Part shown: in pieces, positions 60,975-64,000 of the stretch | Layout: each line of letters begins with the position of its first letter | How positions within the stretch are numbered: position 1 is the stretch's first letter | Assembly: GCA_902776615.1 (NCBI GenBank) | Contig: CACYQU010000004.1 | Coordinates: 1,139 to 65,138, forward strand | Reading direction: 5' to 3' | From: an uncultured bacterium | GTDB taxonomy: Bacteria; Verrucomicrobiota; Kiritimatiellia; RFP12; UBA1067 | Length of the DNA stretch: 64,000 bases | The notes under the pieces: model-generated | Database searches by the model: none | What the model was told of the DNA's origin: nothing | The model's input: only the letters and a program-made list of their open reading frames with translations | Program-made: the position numbers and the translations under genes

Positions 60975-61754
60975 TCACTCCCATACAAGATCCGTCGCGC
61001 GGAAGACGGGCCCTTCCACGCAGCAACGCGAATTGCCGCGCACAGTCTTCTGAATACACGCATAGCACGCGCCGACGCCGCATATCATGTGGCGGTCCAT
61101 GGAGATCCAACCCTTTGCGCCGGTGCCGTTCGCGCGCATTGCCACGGCCTTGAGCATCGGGTCGGGGCCGCACGCGAAGAGCTCGAACTTGCGGCCATCC
61201 GCCCTCAGCCGCGCCAGCTCGTCGTCGAGAGGATCCGTGACGAGCCCCTTCACTCCCGCGCTGCCGTCGTCAGTCGCGAGGCGCACGTCCACGCCGAGCG
61301 CACGCAATTCGTCGACCGCAAGGAGGTCGTTCGAGGTGCGCCCTCCGATGAACGCGATTACGTTGTCGTGGCCCGAAGCCTTCAGCGAACGGGCGAGAAA
61401 ATGCAAAGGCGCTACGCCGTAGCCTCCACCCACGAGAAGCGCCGCGCCGTCGCACTCCACCGGGAAGCCGCGCCCCAACGGACCGAGCACGCCAACTTCG
61501 TCGCCCGGCTTCACGCCGTTCAGGGCCAAAGTGCCGCGCCCGACGGTTTTGTAAAGAACCGTCACGCGGCCTTCCGCCGCGTCGAACACGCTGAACGGAC
61601 GTCTCAGAGCGCTCGGTTCGAGCGACGGAACGCGCACGTGCACGAACTGCCCCGGCGCGAGCGCGGCGGAGAGTTCCGGCGCTTCAAACACGAGCCGCCT
61701 GTATCCCGCGCCGATTTCGTCGTGCGCGAGCGTCTTCGCAACCGCGTCGAACAT
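60975..61754 (-). CDS. pyrK: Dihydroorotate dehydrogenase electron-transfer subunit (FAD/NAD-binding plus [2Fe-2S] cluster).
   Basis: The FNR-like fold is followed by the C-terminal cluster motif CGVGACYACIQKTVRGNSRCCVEGPVF. Confidence 0.9.
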   Translation of the reverse strand: MFDAVAKTLAHDEIGAGYRRLVFEAPELSAALAPGQFVHVRVPSLEPSALRRPFSVFDAAEGRVTVLYKTVGRGTLALNGVKPGDEVGVLGPLGRGFPVECDGAALLVGGGYGVAPLHFLARSLKASGHDNVIAFIGGRTSNDLLAVDELRALGVDVRLATDDGSAGVKGLVTDPLDDELARLRADGRKFELFACGPDPMLKAVAMRANGTGAKGWISMDRHMICGVGACYACIQKTVRGNSRCCVEGPVFRATDLVWE

Positions 61755-61755
61755 G

Positions 61756-62733
61756 TCAGTCGGCCACCTTCTTCACGACGCTCGTGCAGGCTTTGAGCAC
61801 GCCCGCGACATCCGCCAGATTGGAGGGAATGATCATGGTGTTGTTGGTCTTGGCGAGATTGCCGAACTGCGCGAGGTACTGCTGGGCGAGCTGCATGTTC
61901 ACCGACTCCACGCCGCCCTTTCCATTGATGGCCGCGGCGACCTTGGAAATCCCCTCGGCCTGCGCCTCGGCGACGAGAAGTATCTCCTTCGCGCGGCCCT
62001 CGGCCTCGTTGATGCGCCGCGCGCGTTCGCCCTCGGAAAGCGCGATCGCCTGCTGGCGCTCGCCCTCGGCGCGGTTGATCTTCGACTGGCGCTCGCCTTC
62101 GGACTCGGCGATCATCGCGCGCTTTTCGCGCTCGGCGCGCATCTGCTTCTCCATCGCATCGCGGATGCTCTGGGGCGGCGTGATGTTCTTGATCTCGTAG
62201 CGCGTAACCTTGATTCCCCAGGGGTCGCTAGCCTTGTCGACGGCGGCGACTATCGCCGCGTTGATCGACGTGCGCTCCTCGAAGCTGCGGTCGAGATCGA
62301 GCTTGCCCATTTCGGAACGCATCGTGGTCTGCGCGAGCTGCGTGGTCGCGAAAAGGTAGTTGCCGATTCCGTAACTGGCCTTCGCCGCGTCCATGACCTG
62401 CATGTAGAGGATGCCGTCCACGCTTACGGCGATGTTGTCCTTCGTGATGCACTCCTGCGGCGGAACGTCGATCGCCTGCTCCTTGAGGGTGTGCTTGTAG
62501 GCGATGCGGTCGAGGAACGGAATGAGTATGTGGAACCCGGCGTCAAGCGTGCAGCGGTAGCGTCCGAGGCGCTCCACTATGTACGCGGCCTTTTGCGGCA
62601 CTATCACCGCCGTCTTCATTATCGCCGTGAGGACGAGTACCGCCACTATGCCGAAAAATACGAGACCTCCGCTTATCATTGCTTTTCCTTTCTTTGCCTG
62701 TTTTTGGCTTTGCGAGTTCGCGCCGTGCCTCAC
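61756..62733 (-). CDS. SPFH/band-7 (stomatin/HflK/C-like) membrane protein. A GTG start overlaps the asd stop as GTGA; the alternative ATG is at 62679.
   Basis: An N-terminal TM helix ISGGLVFFGIVAVLVLTAIM is followed by the SPFH domain and a C-terminal Glu/Arg-rich coiled coil EREKRAMIAESEGERQSKINRAEGERQ. Confidence 0.85.
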   Translation of the reverse strand: MRHGANSQSQKQAKKGKAMISGGLVFFGIVAVLVLTAIMKTAVIVPQKAAYIVERLGRYRCTLDAGFHILIPFLDRIAYKHTLKEQAIDVPPQECITKDNIAVSVDGILYMQVMDAAKASYGIGNYLFATTQLAQTTMRSEMGKLDLDRSFEERTSINAAIVAAVDKASDPWGIKVTRYEIKNITPPQSIRDAMEKQMRAEREKRAMIAESEGERQSKINRAEGERQQAIALSEGERARRINEAEGRAKEILLVAEAQAEGISKVAAAINGKGGVESVNMQLAQQYLAQFGNLAKTNNTMIIPSNLADVAGVLKACTSVVKKVAD

Positions 62734-63740
62734 ACGAGGCCGCGCTTCACAAGGTGTTCCGCTATCTCGACTGCGTTGAGTGCCGCGCCTCTCAAAAGCT
62801 GGTCGCCGGAGACGAACATTTCGAGGCCCTTTTTGTCGTTGCGGGAAATGTCCTGGCGAATGCGGCCCGCGAGCACGTCATACTTGGCCGTCGCATCGAG
62901 AGGCATTGGGTAGCCGCCGTTCAGAGGATCGTCCACAACCCTCACGCCTTCGCACTTCGAGAGTATCTCGCGGGCCTCGGCAGGGGTCACGTCCTCCTCG
63001 AACTCGAGGTTTAGCGACTCGGAGTGCGCGCGCGCGATCGGCACGCGAACGCATGTGCAGGATAGCATGAGACCGGGGTGGTGCAGCATCTTCCGCGCCT
63101 CGTTGCGCATTTTGAGTTCTTCAAGCGTATACCAGTTCGTCTCGTCGAACTTGTCGATGTGGGGAATGAGGTTGTACATGAGCTGATGCTGAAAGGCCTT
63201 CGCCTCCAGCGGATCGCCATTCGCGTAGGCCTTGATTTGGTCTTCCAGCTCGTTGAGACCGGGCTGGCCGGCGCCGCTGGCGGCCTGATACGTCGAGGCG
63301 ATGAGGCGCTTGAGTCCCTTGGCCTTGTGCAGGGGGGCGACAGCTTCGAGCATGATGGCGGTCGTGCAGTTGGGGTTGGCGATCACGCCTTTGTTCCAAT
63401 CGAGGTCTTCGGCGTTCACCTGCGGAACCACGAGCGGAACTTCGGGATCCTGGCGGAACGCGCGGGAGTTGTCGATCATTTTCGCGCCGGCTTTCACGAC
63501 GGCGTCCTTGAGCTGGAGCGCCACGTCCGTCTTGCCGGCGAAAAGGACTATATCCATCCCTGCGAAGCTCGTTTCGTCTGCTTTGCGGACATGATACGTC
63601 TCGCCAAGAATCTGCTCGTCGCGCTCGCGGGACGCGAATACCTGAACCTTGCCGCAAGGGAACTTGCGTTCCTTAAGGACTTTAATCATCTCGGTACCTA
63701 CCGCACCGACACCAACCAAACCGACATTGTACGTTTTCAT
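62730..63740 (-). CDS. asd: Aspartate-semialdehyde dehydrogenase
   Basis: The N-terminus MKTYNVGLVGVGAVGTEMIKVL (Rossmann fold) is followed by the catalytic Cys region. At 336 aa. Confidence 0.95.
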   Translation of the reverse strand: MKTYNVGLVGVGAVGTEMIKVLKERKFPCGKVQVFASRERDEQILGETYHVRKADETSFAGMDIVLFAGKTDVALQLKDAVVKAGAKMIDNSRAFRQDPEVPLVVPQVNAEDLDWNKGVIANPNCTTAIMLEAVAPLHKAKGLKRLIASTYQAASGAGQPGLNELEDQIKAYANGDPLEAKAFQHQLMYNLIPHIDKFDETNWYTLEELKMRNEARKMLHHPGLMLSCTCVRVPIARAHSESLNLEFEEDVTPAEAREILSKCEGVRVVDDPLNGGYPMPLDATAKYDVLAGRIRQDISRNDKKGLEMFVSGDQLLRGAALNAVEIAEHLVKRGLV

Positions 63741-63746
63741 GGTGGT

Positions 63747-63759
63747 TTATTATACCATA
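63747..63759 (-). promoter_or_regulatory. Extended -10 TGGTATAAT ending 8 nt before the asd ATG, implying a leaderless mRNA.
   Basis: The minus strand reads GAAATATGGTATAATaaaccaccATG, the same geometry as at icd. Confidence 0.5.
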
Positions 63760-63795
63760 TTTCACCGCACCTGGGAGAGCAGGAGTCTCGCCCGC

Positions 63796-63987
63796 TCAGA
63801 TGGAAAATGCGAAACCATCCTTATTCTCGTGAGACTCCCCGTTGTTCGAGGCTGATTGTGACATAGGGATGTTCGGGGAAACCGTATTCCTCTTCAGGAG
63901 CGATGTATGTGACGCTGGTGGCTGTGCGTGGCATTTCATAAGGTATATCCCCATGGAAGACTCCATTTTCGGAGAAAAACCCGACAT
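63796..63987 (-). CDS. Small ORF (63 aa) of uncertain reality, lying in the 250-bp region upstream of asd.
   Basis: It is ATG-initiated and bounded by an upstream in-frame stop. GC3 is lower than in neighbouring genes and no motif was recognised. Confidence 0.2.
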   Translation of the reverse strand: MSGFSPKMESSMGIYLMKCHAQPPASHTSLLKRNTVSPNIPMSQSASNNGESHENKDGFAFSI

Positions 63988-64000
63988 TCACATTAAGGCC

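Overview
This is a 64-kb window from a GC-rich (~60% GC) bacterial chromosome, not a mobile element. It encodes about 52 proteins and 2 tRNAs, and all but two genes (the SNF2 helicase at the left edge and rph) lie on the minus strand. The gene content suggests an anaerobe: a glycyl-radical enzyme with its activase, HydF, IorA and class 1B DHODH PyrDK.

The housekeeping backbone is rpoB-rpoC, rplM-rpsI, accA-accD, pyrK-pyrD, asd, icd, purM, fba, lysA, rimO, rlmB, rlmI, DAHP synthase, nagA, gmd, rph, a DEAD-box helicase and an RNB exoribonuclease.

Interleaved accessory genes are a compact PFL-like glycyl-radical enzyme (GRE) plus activase behind an MFS sugar porter and a 1128-aa secreted triple-LamG protein; a secreted tandem-retropepsin/SGNH-esterase fusion; an excisionase-HTH::PTS-EIIA fusion; a FucA-like aldolase with a FucO-like Fe-ADH; a GH27 glycosidase with an NPCBM module; an FkbH-like HAD-IIIC protein; an MFP plus TolC-like pair with no pump; a histidine kinase with an OmpR-type regulator; an SPFH protein; and an XRE-cupin regulator.

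No transposase, integrase, phage or CRISPR features were seen. The most unusual non-coding structures are a six-copy, 22-bp-phased array of CCCTTAGGG boxes in the 577-bp gap upstream of tRNA-Val, and a ten-copy CTAACNN heptamer microsatellite between the MFS and GRE genes.

A recurrent extended -10 box appears with almost no spacer before several start codons (TGGTATAAT for protein genes, TGATATACT for tRNA-Ser, tRNA-Val and rpoB), which implies leaderless mRNAs for icd and asd. Coordinates of non-coding elements were read by eye from the printed sequence and may be off by 1-2 nt.
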